Assembly: GCF_937975875.1 (NCBI RefSeq) | Contig: NZ_CALJSP010000014.1 | Coordinates: 1 to 56,572 of the forward strand | Length of the DNA: 56,572 nucleotides | Origin: Veillonella dispar | GTDB lineage: Bacteria; Bacillota; Negativicutes; Veillonellales; Veillonellaceae | Direction: 5' to 3' | Shown here: positions 20,718 through 29,295 of the stretch, piece by piece | Layout of the letters: each line of letters begins with the position of its first letter | Position numbering within the stretch: the stretch's first letter is position 1 | Notes under the pieces: model-generated | What the model was told of the DNA's origin: nothing | Databases searched by the model: none | Seen by the model: only the letters and a program-made list of their open reading frames with translations | Made by a program: the position numbers and the translations under genes

Positions 20718-21671
20718 ATGGAGCCATTAATTTCTATTATTGTTCCTATTTATAATGTTGAACAGTATGTTGATAAATGTATTCAATCAATACTTAATCA
20801 AACCTATCAAAATTTAGAAATTATTTTAGTCGATGATGGGGCAACCGATTGTAGCGGTTCTATTGCAGATTCTTATGCGGCGAAGGATAAACGAATTAAG
20901 GTTTTTCACAAAGAAAATGGTGGGCTTTCCGATGCTCGTAATTATGGTTTAGATCATGTTACGGGAGACTATATTTTATTCGTTGATAGTGATGATTTTA
21001 TAGAAAATACAATGTGTGAAAGATTATTTACTGTAGCGAATAGTATCAATGCTGATATGGTTTCCTGTAATTATTATATCTATAGAGGCGATGATGATAT
21101 AAGTATACACACTATGTCTGTTCAAGATGATAAACGAACTTTTACAGGCATGGATATGTTGAGATATTATCTATTAAAAACTGAACCATTCGATCTCAAT
21201 GTAGTATGGAATAAACTTTTTAAATCTGAGTTATTCAATGGGACAGTACTAGTTCGTTTTCCAAAGGGGAGAGTTCAAGAGGATAATTTTACTATTTTCA
21301 GGCTATTTTTAAATGCTAATACTATAGTAACAGTAAATGAACCCCTTTATTATTATGTACAACGCGCTGGTAGTATAATGGCTAATTTCAGTAGACGTTT
21401 TATGACAGATACAGTAGAGTCCCATATATATATGAGTGATTATATTATGAATCACTGTAGTAGTGTAAAGAATGAGCTGCAACTGTATCTTTTAAATTCC
21501 TATGTGGAATTGTCTCGTAGAGTTTGTGCAAATAAATGTAAGAAAGAGTACAATGATTTACTAACTCAATATAAACACTATGTATTAGCTCATACAGTTG
21601 ATACTAGCCATAACCCATTGTGGAAATGCAAACAATATATAAAGAGGGTATTGGTTAAATTGTATTATTAA
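20718..21671 (+). CDS. GT2 glycosyltransferase
   Basis: ISIIVPIYNVE, DDGATD, GGLSDARN, FVDSDD and ED motifs. Confidence 0.9.
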   Translation: MEPLISIIVPIYNVEQYVDKCIQSILNQTYQNLEIILVDDGATDCSGSIADSYAAKDKRIKVFHKENGGLSDARNYGLDHVTGDYILFVDSDDFIENTMCERLFTVANSINADMVSCNYYIYRGDDDISIHTMSVQDDKRTFTGMDMLRYYLLKTEPFDLNVVWNKLFKSELFNGTVLVRFPKGRVQEDNFTIFRLFLNANTIVTVNEPLYYYVQRAGSIMANFSRRFMTDTVESHIYMSDYIMNHCSSVKNELQLYLLNSYVELSRRVCANKCKKEYNDLLTQYKHYVLAHTVDTSHNPLWKCKQYIKRVLVKLYY

Positions 21672-21715
21672 ATATAAATTATATATATTTGTAAGGTTGT
21701 ATATTATATATGATT

Positions 21716-21771
21716 AAAACCCATAGAGATTATCTTGATATTTTTAGATTGATAATACTATGGGGTTTTCT
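21716..21771 (+). terminator. Probable terminator hairpin
   Basis: AAAACCCATAG...ATTATC pairs with GATAAT...CTATGGGGTTTT. Confidence 0.5.
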
Positions 21772-21822
21772 CTAATTATGAAAGCATGATTAGTAAGGTT
21801 TGATAGATATTAATGTTAGAGG

Positions 21823-23073
21823 ATGGGTAATGTGAGGAAGAGTTACTCCGTATTAATAGAGAATATATTTTCTCTGCTGACTCTGCGTGCTTTAGAATAT
21901 GTACTCGCATTTATCTTGGTACCATATTTGATTCGCGTATTAGGACCATTGCATTTCGGGATGATTGCCTTTATGCAAGGTATTATGGAATATTTCCGAA
22001 TTTTTGTTGATTTTGGGTACTCCTTAACGGCACCAAAGGCAATAGCACAAGCTGAAGAACAGAAGATAGGATCTCTATTTGCCAAATATTTTTATGGAAA
22101 AGTATGTATATTAATATTTGTTACCATAGTATTTTTCGCTATTTATAATTTGCAACGTATATTACTAGGAAATATGATTGATATAGTATTATTTCAGGTT
22201 ATGTACTGTGGAATTATAGGCAATGTTTTATTTCCTGTATGGTTTTTCCAGGGCATACAGAAAATGCGGTATATTACCATCTTAAATATGAGTGGTCGTA
22301 TCTGTACAATGCTTGGTATATTTTTACTCGTAAAATCTCCAGATGATTATATACTTGCGGCATTTTTACAAGCTTGTACTCCATTAATTGCAGGTATTTT
22401 TTCAATAGTTTGGTTAAGAAAACACTATACAGGATTATTTAAATTGCCACCTATGGATGAGATTATTAATTCTTATAAAGAAGGCTGGTCTATATTCGTA
22501 TCTTCGTTGGCAGTTAACTTGTATACTGCAACTAATGTAGTAGTATTAGGTATGCTTACGAATAATGTTATCGTTGGTTATTATAGTGCTGCTGATAAAT
22601 TAATTACCTGTGTTCGCAGAGGTATATATGCTGTAAGTGATGCAATATATCCATTTATAAGTAAGATGATGAGAGATGATATTCCCAAGGGATTACAATT
22701 TATTAGAAAGCAATTATTCTTGTATTTGCTTATTGGCCTCGTTGGTTGTACATCTCTATTTTTCTTTTCAGATACTATAGTTACGCTACTGTTTGGAGCG
22801 GATTATGAGTTAACAGTTGATGTATTACGAATCTTGTCATTTGTTCCATTAGCTGTTGCTATTAGTACTGTATTTGGTGAAGAAACGATGTTACCCCTTA
22901 ATATGAATAGTGCTTATAGTCGAACTCTAGTGTTAGCAGCATTCTTTAGTTTGTTATCTATATTCCCATTGTGTTATATGTGGGGTGCAGAAGGCGTAGC
23001 AATGACAATGCTACTAACAGAATTTCTAATTATGATTGTTATGGGAGGCTTATTATGGAAGCGACTCTTGTAA
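21823..23073 (+). CDS. wzx: Polysaccharide flippase
   Basis: PYLIRVLG, DFGY, PVWFFQG and GYYSAADK motifs; about 12 TM helices. Confidence 0.88.
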   Translation: MGNVRKSYSVLIENIFSLLTLRALEYVLAFILVPYLIRVLGPLHFGMIAFMQGIMEYFRIFVDFGYSLTAPKAIAQAEEQKIGSLFAKYFYGKVCILIFVTIVFFAIYNLQRILLGNMIDIVLFQVMYCGIIGNVLFPVWFFQGIQKMRYITILNMSGRICTMLGIFLLVKSPDDYILAAFLQACTPLIAGIFSIVWLRKHYTGLFKLPPMDEIINSYKEGWSIFVSSLAVNLYTATNVVVLGMLTNNVIVGYYSAADKLITCVRRGIYAVSDAIYPFISKMMRDDIPKGLQFIRKQLFLYLLIGLVGCTSLFFFSDTIVTLLFGADYELTVDVLRILSFVPLAVAISTVFGEETMLPLNMNSAYSRTLVLAAFFSLLSIFPLCYMWGAEGVAMTMLLTEFLIMIVMGGLLWKRLL

Positions 23074-23107
23074 GATGTATTAACTAGTTTGTGAGGTTTG
23101 TCTTAAT

Positions 23108-24667
23108 ATGATTAATACAGTATATTATAAAATTCAAGAGCTATTGCTTTGTGCAATGATAATTGCATTACCATTGATGCGGATACCAGATCGGTATACT
23201 TTGTTCTCAATGGGTAATAATCTATCGATGATATTTCTTTTCTTTTCCATTTTGTTATTTATTGTATATAGTATATGGAAAAAGAAGACAGAGGTTCCAT
23301 TTAAACCATATTTTGCTATATCTATCGTTTGGATTGTTTTTTGTACTATTTTAGGGGTATTCTCTTTTCCTTTTTATGATACTGTTATCTATACGTATCT
23401 AATTAATACATCTGTTATCCAAAAACTATATGCTCTATTTCCTTCATTCGTAGGTAATGAATTTATTCTACAAGTAAAGTTGATGGTATCTTTAGTTTGG
23501 TATTTATTTAGAAACTTTATATTCCCACTAATAGGGTTATTCTTAATTATTTTTAATCTATATAAGGATGATTGTAAAAAAGGTCTCGATACAATTGTTA
23601 ATGCTGCAAGAATATTAACAATTCTATGTATAGCTTACTCTGTTATAGAGGTTTCTTGGCTATGGAGTGGTTCAGATTATTTAGCTTCTATACTAGTAAT
23701 GATCAATAATAGCTTATATGACCCTGTAGTACAAAGTGGGTGGTGGCCTCCGGAATTATGGCCAGGTCAACTTAGAAGCCTTGCGTTAGAACCATCCTAT
23801 TTTAGTATGATTGCGGTGTTTTTGGCACCATTATTAGGTATTCATTATGTAAATTCTAAGAATAAACTTGATATTATATTAGCATTTCTCTTAGTTGTCA
23901 TGATTTTCTTAACTAGGGCTCGAACAGGTGTTGTTGTTTATCTATTCGAACTGGTTGCGTTTATTGTATTAAGTCTAATATTTAGATATAAATCTTGGTG
24001 GAAGTTATGTCTATTTACGATTGGTTTAAGTATTTTTAGCTATTCCTTCGCCATTGTTGGTGACTCCGTAGTAAGCCCTATGATTAAAGCTAGTATTTCT
24101 CAAACGACTGCTATTGAAGAAGGACCTAAGTCTGTATCTGTAGAAAAAGCTCTAGATAAGTATATTGATAGCAATGTTAAGTCAGTCAGCAATACTAGTT
24201 CTAGATCTAATTCAGCTAGATTTGGTAATACCGTAGCTATGTTTAACGTTGGACTAGATCATTTAGCATTTGGTGTTGGTAGAGGCTTACACTCAAGTTA
24301 TATGGTTGATAAATTCCCTGATTTTGCTAAAGATAGTGGCGAAGTTAAACGTTGGACAGAAGACGTATTACAAAAAGGCTTTTTAGCATTTGAGTATCCA
24401 GTACTTAATGAGTTTGCAGCTATATTGGCATGGTTTGGGTTGATAGGGGAAATCTTGTTTATTACCCCAATTTTATATATTTTATATAGAACCTATAAGA
24501 TTAAAAAGTATATTAATAACCCTACATTAGTTTACCTATTGGTAGCATTCTTTGGGCAAATTGCATGCTTTATGAGTAATGAATTTATATTGGCTTATCC
24601 AATTCTTGTAGGGATTTTGATTTGTTATATTAAATTTTATGAGCATAATGATATAACCAGAGAATAG
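23108..24667 (+). CDS. Wzy polymerase / O-antigen ligase family membrane protein
   Basis: Multi-TM protein with EPSYF, TRARTG, SNSARF and FGVGRG; follows wzx. Confidence 0.65.
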   Translation: MINTVYYKIQELLLCAMIIALPLMRIPDRYTLFSMGNNLSMIFLFFSILLFIVYSIWKKKTEVPFKPYFAISIVWIVFCTILGVFSFPFYDTVIYTYLINTSVIQKLYALFPSFVGNEFILQVKLMVSLVWYLFRNFIFPLIGLFLIIFNLYKDDCKKGLDTIVNAARILTILCIAYSVIEVSWLWSGSDYLASILVMINNSLYDPVVQSGWWPPELWPGQLRSLALEPSYFSMIAVFLAPLLGIHYVNSKNKLDIILAFLLVVMIFLTRARTGVVVYLFELVAFIVLSLIFRYKSWWKLCLFTIGLSIFSYSFAIVGDSVVSPMIKASISQTTAIEEGPKSVSVEKALDKYIDSNVKSVSNTSSRSNSARFGNTVAMFNVGLDHLAFGVGRGLHSSYMVDKFPDFAKDSGEVKRWTEDVLQKGFLAFEYPVLNEFAAILAWFGLIGEILFITPILYILYRTYKIKKYINNPTLVYLLVAFFGQIACFMSNEFILAYPILVGILICYIKFYEHNDITRE

Positions 24668-24870
24668 GGGGTTATTCTAAATAAAGTATAATGTGTATAT
24701 TGTAACTAATGTTTAAAATATATCGAATATATTTGATATATAGTTTATGGCTTTTCTATCTCATAATTAGTTATAATTTGTATAGCAAAATATTATAGAA
24801 TGAATATATTGGGAGTATTCATTTCTAGGGGACTACATTAGTTAATATATTGGTTTGGGAGATTTTAATT

Positions 24871-25281
24871 ATGAAAAAATATGTACTTTCAGTTGATAAG
24901 AATAGGCCTATAGAGCTTGAAATTACAAATATTTTAGATGATAATAAAGCTATAGTGCGCGGTCGTCTTAATACATATCATTTGGATTATGATGTAGAGA
25001 CAACTTCTGTTTTATTGAATTTTACGTTGGAAGACGATCGAGAGACTATATATAGTATTAGATTACAAGAAGATGACTCTTTATTAAAATGTTTAGATTG
25101 TACTCCTCAGGAGGTATTCTTTAACATTGTTAATTTCTTAGGTGAAGTAATACATAAGGCTAAATCTGTTGGATATACATTAGTTATGAAGTTAGATCAT
25201 CAAACTTCTAGATTACTTGTAAAGGATTTAACAAAAATTGGTGATGAATATCGTACATTTAATGGAGAACTAGTATATTAA
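24871..25281 (+). CDS. Hypothetical protein
   Basis: GGGAG RBS before ATG 24871; followed by a terminator. Confidence 0.7.
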   Translation: MKKYVLSVDKNRPIELEITNILDDNKAIVRGRLNTYHLDYDVETTSVLLNFTLEDDRETIYSIRLQEDDSLLKCLDCTPQEVFFNIVNFLGEVIHKAKSVGYTLVMKLDHQTSRLLVKDLTKIGDEYRTFNGELVY

Positions 25282-25310
25282 GATAATTCTTAATAACTAT
25301 ATAGTGGAAT

Positions 25311-25348
25311 TAAAAGAAGGTATCAACGGCAGTTGATACCTTCTTTTA
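25311..25348. terminator. Rho-independent terminator
   Basis: TAAAAGAAGGTATCAAC-GGCA-GTTGATACCTTCTTTTA. Confidence 0.85.
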
Positions 25349-25589
25349 TGTAGAAATCAAATTGATGGGATACTAAATTTAGATCAACCTATAATATCTT
25401 TATTAGATATACGAAGATAAGAAATAGGGATTGAATGTTCTCTTATATAACAAATCTGTTATGAAACGTATTGTATTGTATATTGAGCAGCCGATAGTAG
25501 TTGGCTCAGAAGTTGCCATTTTAATGCGAATTTCACCGTTTTTTGGTATAATAAACAAGTATTCCAACGATAAAACGGAGGTAATTCTA

Positions 25590-25916
25590 ATGCGTAAATT
25601 TTTATATATGTTAGCAGCTCTACTTGTGTTGATCGGTATTAATACACATGATGTAGAAGCTCGTACCGATGTGTATGCTACTACTTATAATGGTAATAGC
25701 TGGTATGTAGACCAAGACTCTGTAAAGAGAGTAGGGGATGTACTCAATTTTACAGTGTACACTACATCTGGCCTTAGCTATAAGGTATCATCTAGCGATA
25801 GTAACTATTACAATGCAGATGTATTCTACTATAACAACAAACTCGTTTCAGACAATGGCCAATCTGTATGGAAATCTCCAGGTATGATGGCCGCTATGCG
25901 TGTGGCACGTAGATAA
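25590..25916 (+). CDS. Small secreted hypothetical protein (108 aa)
   Basis: GGAGGT RBS; signal peptide MRKFLYMLAALLVLIG..VEA; WYVDQDSV motif. Confidence 0.75.
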   Translation: MRKFLYMLAALLVLIGINTHDVEARTDVYATTYNGNSWYVDQDSVKRVGDVLNFTVYTTSGLSYKVSSSDSNYYNADVFYYNNKLVSDNGQSVWKSPGMMAAMRVARR

Positions 25917-25921
25917 AGAAT

Positions 25922-25949
25922 AAAGGCAGCGATTCGATCGCTGCCTTTT
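25922..25949 (+). terminator. Rho-independent terminator
   Basis: AAAGGCAGCGAT-TCG-ATCGCTGCCTTTT. Confidence 0.85.
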
Positions 25950-26021
25950 GGTCTGTATAAGTGTACTATAGTATCGTTTATCCGTATTTGACGATATATA
26001 AGATTAACCCTATAATATAAA

Positions 26022-26134
26022 TAGATAGCCAAGCGAGTAGATCCGTCGGGCTCATCTCAAGAGAATAAATAATTGATGAAATGGCCTTTCAGTTACCTAA
26101 TTATCTAGGGATAACGAAGGGCTATTTGTCTTTT
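26022..26134 (+). ncRNA. Antitoxin sRNA convergent with the holin-like toxin
   Basis: Promoter TTGACG(25988)-17 bp-TATAAT(26011); terminator stem TGGCCTTTC...GAAGGGCTA overlaps the toxin stop; no ORF. Confidence 0.7.
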
Positions 26135-26223
26135 CCAAGACAAATAAGCGCCACGAGTGCACCAAAAGCAATGACTACAGTCATTACCTCTAGGATTAGC
26201 ATGATTAACTCATAATCACTCAT
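26122..26223 (-). CDS. Type I toxin, BsrE/holin-like, 33 aa (MSDYELIMLILEVMTVVIAFGALVALICLGKDK)
   Basis: AAGGGAGG RBS; promoter TTGATT-17 bp-TATAAT (26311-26283); single TM helix with a charged tail; not in the ORF track. Confidence 0.82.
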   Translation of the reverse strand: MSDYELIMLILEVMTVVIAFGALVALICLGKDK

Positions 26224-26431
26224 AGACAACCCTCCCTTCATAGACGAAGAGAGGCCCAACCTCGCTTAACTATCCTATATCAATTATATGGCGAACATAT
26301 AAGCGAATCAATAAGAATCTATTTATAGAAATATACAAAAATATATATACGTATACGTTAGCAGTAACTATAATTACTGCTTTTTTTTTACTTGTGATAA
26401 TTTTATAGTTATGTGGCAAATTTCCCTCATA

Positions 26432-26460
26432 TTTACAAGAATATAATTATTAAATATAAT
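26432..26460 (+). promoter_or_regulatory. Sigma70-type promoter of autotransporter 1
   Basis: TTTACA-17 bp-TATAAT. Confidence 0.65.
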
Positions 26461-26508
26461 TAAATTATTTAATAATAGTTTATAGTGTGTAAATGAGAGA
26501 GGGTTTTT

Positions 26509-28746
26509 ATGAAACGTGTGTATAAAGCAAACCTATCTTTAGCGATTGCTCTGACAATTGCTAGCTCTGTAGTGCCCTATGCAATGGCGGGGAGTACATT
26601 AGTTACTACACCTAATGGTGCAAATATTACGGTAAACAACGGTGGGAAGTTTAAGGCTGGCGAAATGACAAACTACATATCTACGATTGAAGCAGATACT
26701 GGTAGTACAGTTAGTATTGATAAAGCTGTTGCTAATATTGGCTATAATAACAAGCCTTTCATTAGTAGTAAAGGTGGCAGTACAGTTAGCCTTAAGGAAG
26801 GCGTTTATGATGTTCAAAATGTAAGCACTCCTGTTGCAGTGGCTCAAGGTGGCACCGTTAATATTGGTGTAGACGGCAATAAAGGTAATTTTACTGGTAA
26901 TGACTTGTCTTTGGTAGGTGATGTCATTGTTAAAAGCGACCCAAATCATGCATCTGAGATCAATATTGGTATCATTGGCAAAGAATCTCTTTGGGATGGT
27001 TTAGCCTTTAACTTAGCAGACAAAGATGCAAAGAATCCAAGTCATATTAATGTATTCCTTGGTGACTATGGTTCTTGGGAGCTTTTCTATCAAGGCGGCT
27101 TGCATGATGGAACATTAGATGGTGGTACACAACCTAGCCATGTACATCGACTTGTAGGTTCCAAGAACCGCAACTATGCGAATATGGTAACCCAAAGTGA
27201 GCATAATAAGCTCTATGTAGATAAGCTGGAAGGTCATGTAAACTTTATTTACGACCCTAATGATGAAGGTGGCGATACTGAGGATCCAGATTATAAACCA
27301 CCGACTACAACCTATAATGGTTTGACTCCAGATTCCTTCTGGGGTGGTGATATTCATATTACAAGTGCGGCTCCTGGTGCAGCGGCTCATGTGTATACTA
27401 CTCAACGAGGCCTAGATATGTCCTCTGAGGCTAATGTGAACAAGATTTTAGATAACTTGGCTCACAAGATGTACTATCATAACTATGTTAATGGTGAAAG
27501 AAACCTTCAAGGTACAGTAGCTATTGCATCTGATGGTTCTGAATCTGGTCGTTTTACAGTAATTACATCTGGTCATGCTAAAGAAGGTGATATTACATGG
27601 CAAGCCGATAAGGATGGTCAAGGTAAATACGTATATGGTGAAAATAAACCTGTACCGAAACCTCAACCTAAGCCGGAGGTAAAACCAACTCCTAAACCTG
27701 AGGTTAAGCCGGTACCAACTCCGACTCCTAAACCAGAGGTTAAACCAACGCCAAAACCTGAGGTTAAGCCAGCACCAAAACCAACTCCTAAACCAGAAGT
27801 GAAACCAACTCCAGTGCCAGAGCGTAATTCTCATATTCACGTTATCATGGGTGATTTTGATACACCTCATATGCGCGGTGCCCGTTCTGCTATCATGAGC
27901 AATATTAACGGATGGAGAACATTGACAGATAATATGTATCGTCCACGCGTATTGCAACAAGGCGAACCAACAGGTATTTGGGCTCGCGTTGGAGGCGGTA
28001 AATATAGCTATGATGCAAAAGGTATTGATACAGATACAACATATACACGCATTCAAGGCGGTTACGATGCTAAAACTGGTAGTGGCTGGACTGTAGGTGG
28101 TCAAGTATCCTACCTTCGTGGTAATGATGACTACGTATTCAACGGTTCTGGTAAGGAAAAAGCCTTTGCTGTAGGTGCATATGGTGTGAAAGATCTTGGT
28201 AAAGACCAATACATTCACTTTGAATCCCAAGTAGGTCGCGTTTCTAATGCTTTCACAGCTCGCAATGAAATTGGTGAAAGACTGTCTGGCGAGACTAAAG
28301 CTAATGCATACTCTATCGGTGCACGCTATGGTAAAACTGTGAAGCTTTCAAATGGTACATACATTGAACCACAAGCGCAATTGAGCTACACTCACTTCGG
28401 TGGGGATAGCTTTGATGCGGGTCGTATGCATGTCAACGAATCTGGTGTGAGCAGCACAGCAGGGGGCCTTGGCCTTGAAATCGGTAAAATATTCGGTGCA
28501 GGTAATATCTATACTCGCGTTGGTGTAAACCATGCCTTCTCTGGTACTGTAAATACAGCGTACACAACAGGTAATACTACAAAATATACAAAACAAGACC
28601 TTAAAGGTACTTGGACCGATCTAGCATTCGGTGGTCGTTATGGCTTCAATGCTAATAACAGCATCTTTGCTGACCTTAGCACAGGCTTATCTGGCGACTA
28701 TAAAGCAGGCTGGTCTGTAAATGCTGGGTTTACACATAAATTCTAA
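26509..28746 (+). CDS. Type Va autotransporter
   Basis: Signal peptide, beta-rich passenger, Pro-rich linker; barrel from GIWARVGGG through YIEPQAQL to terminal THKF. Confidence 0.92.
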   Translation: MKRVYKANLSLAIALTIASSVVPYAMAGSTLVTTPNGANITVNNGGKFKAGEMTNYISTIEADTGSTVSIDKAVANIGYNNKPFISSKGGSTVSLKEGVYDVQNVSTPVAVAQGGTVNIGVDGNKGNFTGNDLSLVGDVIVKSDPNHASEINIGIIGKESLWDGLAFNLADKDAKNPSHINVFLGDYGSWELFYQGGLHDGTLDGGTQPSHVHRLVGSKNRNYANMVTQSEHNKLYVDKLEGHVNFIYDPNDEGGDTEDPDYKPPTTTYNGLTPDSFWGGDIHITSAAPGAAAHVYTTQRGLDMSSEANVNKILDNLAHKMYYHNYVNGERNLQGTVAIASDGSESGRFTVITSGHAKEGDITWQADKDGQGKYVYGENKPVPKPQPKPEVKPTPKPEVKPVPTPTPKPEVKPTPKPEVKPAPKPTPKPEVKPTPVPERNSHIHVIMGDFDTPHMRGARSAIMSNINGWRTLTDNMYRPRVLQQGEPTGIWARVGGGKYSYDAKGIDTDTTYTRIQGGYDAKTGSGWTVGGQVSYLRGNDDYVFNGSGKEKAFAVGAYGVKDLGKDQYIHFESQVGRVSNAFTARNEIGERLSGETKANAYSIGARYGKTVKLSNGTYIEPQAQLSYTHFGGDSFDAGRMHVNESGVSSTAGGLGLEIGKIFGAGNIYTRVGVNHAFSGTVNTAYTTGNTTKYTKQDLKGTWTDLAFGGRYGFNANNSIFADLSTGLSGDYKAGWSVNAGFTHKF
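27649..27819 (+). repeat. [12 protein letters not shown] coding repeats in the linker
   Basis: About five PKPEVKP units with variable spacers. Confidence 0.85.
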
Positions 28747-28787
28747 TATACTGGTTACCATATAAATGTATATGGTAATAATAGAAT

Positions 28788-28836
28788 AAAAAGAAGCCCC
28801 ATGTATTGGATATAACTATCTAATACATGGGGCTTC
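28788..28836 (-). terminator. Terminator with U-tract on the minus strand
   Basis: AAAAA-GAAGCCCCATGTATTGGATA...TATCTAATACATGGGGCTTC. Confidence 0.75.
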
Positions 28837-28920
28837 AATAACTGGATAACTGAAAGGCCATTTCATCAATTTTTTGTAACTTTGAGATGAGCCCGACGGA
28901 ACCACTCGCTTGGCTATCTG
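28788..28920 (-). ncRNA. Orphan inverted copy of the antitoxin sRNA
   Basis: 28847-28966 is a near reverse complement of 25976-26095 and includes an intact TTGACG-17 bp-TATAAT promoter; no toxin ORF next to it. Confidence 0.6.
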
Positions 28921-29005
28921 TTTATATTATAGGGTTTATATCATATATCGTCAAATACGGATAAACAAGTGTATATTAAACAATTTTATATGGTTATTAT
29001 TTACT

Positions 29006-29036
29006 AAGAGGCAGCGAATTAAGCGTTGCCTCTTTT
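29006..29036 (+). terminator. Rho-independent terminator
   Basis: AAGAGGCAGCG-AATTAAG-CGTTGCCTCTTTT. Confidence 0.75.
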
Positions 29037-29295
29037 GCTATATTTTTATCTAATACATATCAAAACTTAATTATTTCTAAAATAAATGAGTATAATTCAT
29101 TTACAATTCACAAAAAATGGTGTAATATTTTAAATATATTTTAAAAAGTGTTAGATGTGAGTTCTTAATAAAGTGAGTATATATCTATCTTTTTCTATAA
29201 ATAACGACTGATAAATCAACTTATAGATATATTCGTTTATGAAGAGACTTTCACAAATTTGAGTGTAATTGTATTAATAGTTGAGGTGTAAGAGG

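Noticed and set aside
25976..28966. IS or composite transposon
   Set aside because: No transposase and no evident target-site duplication; the repeats are promoter plus sRNA sequence
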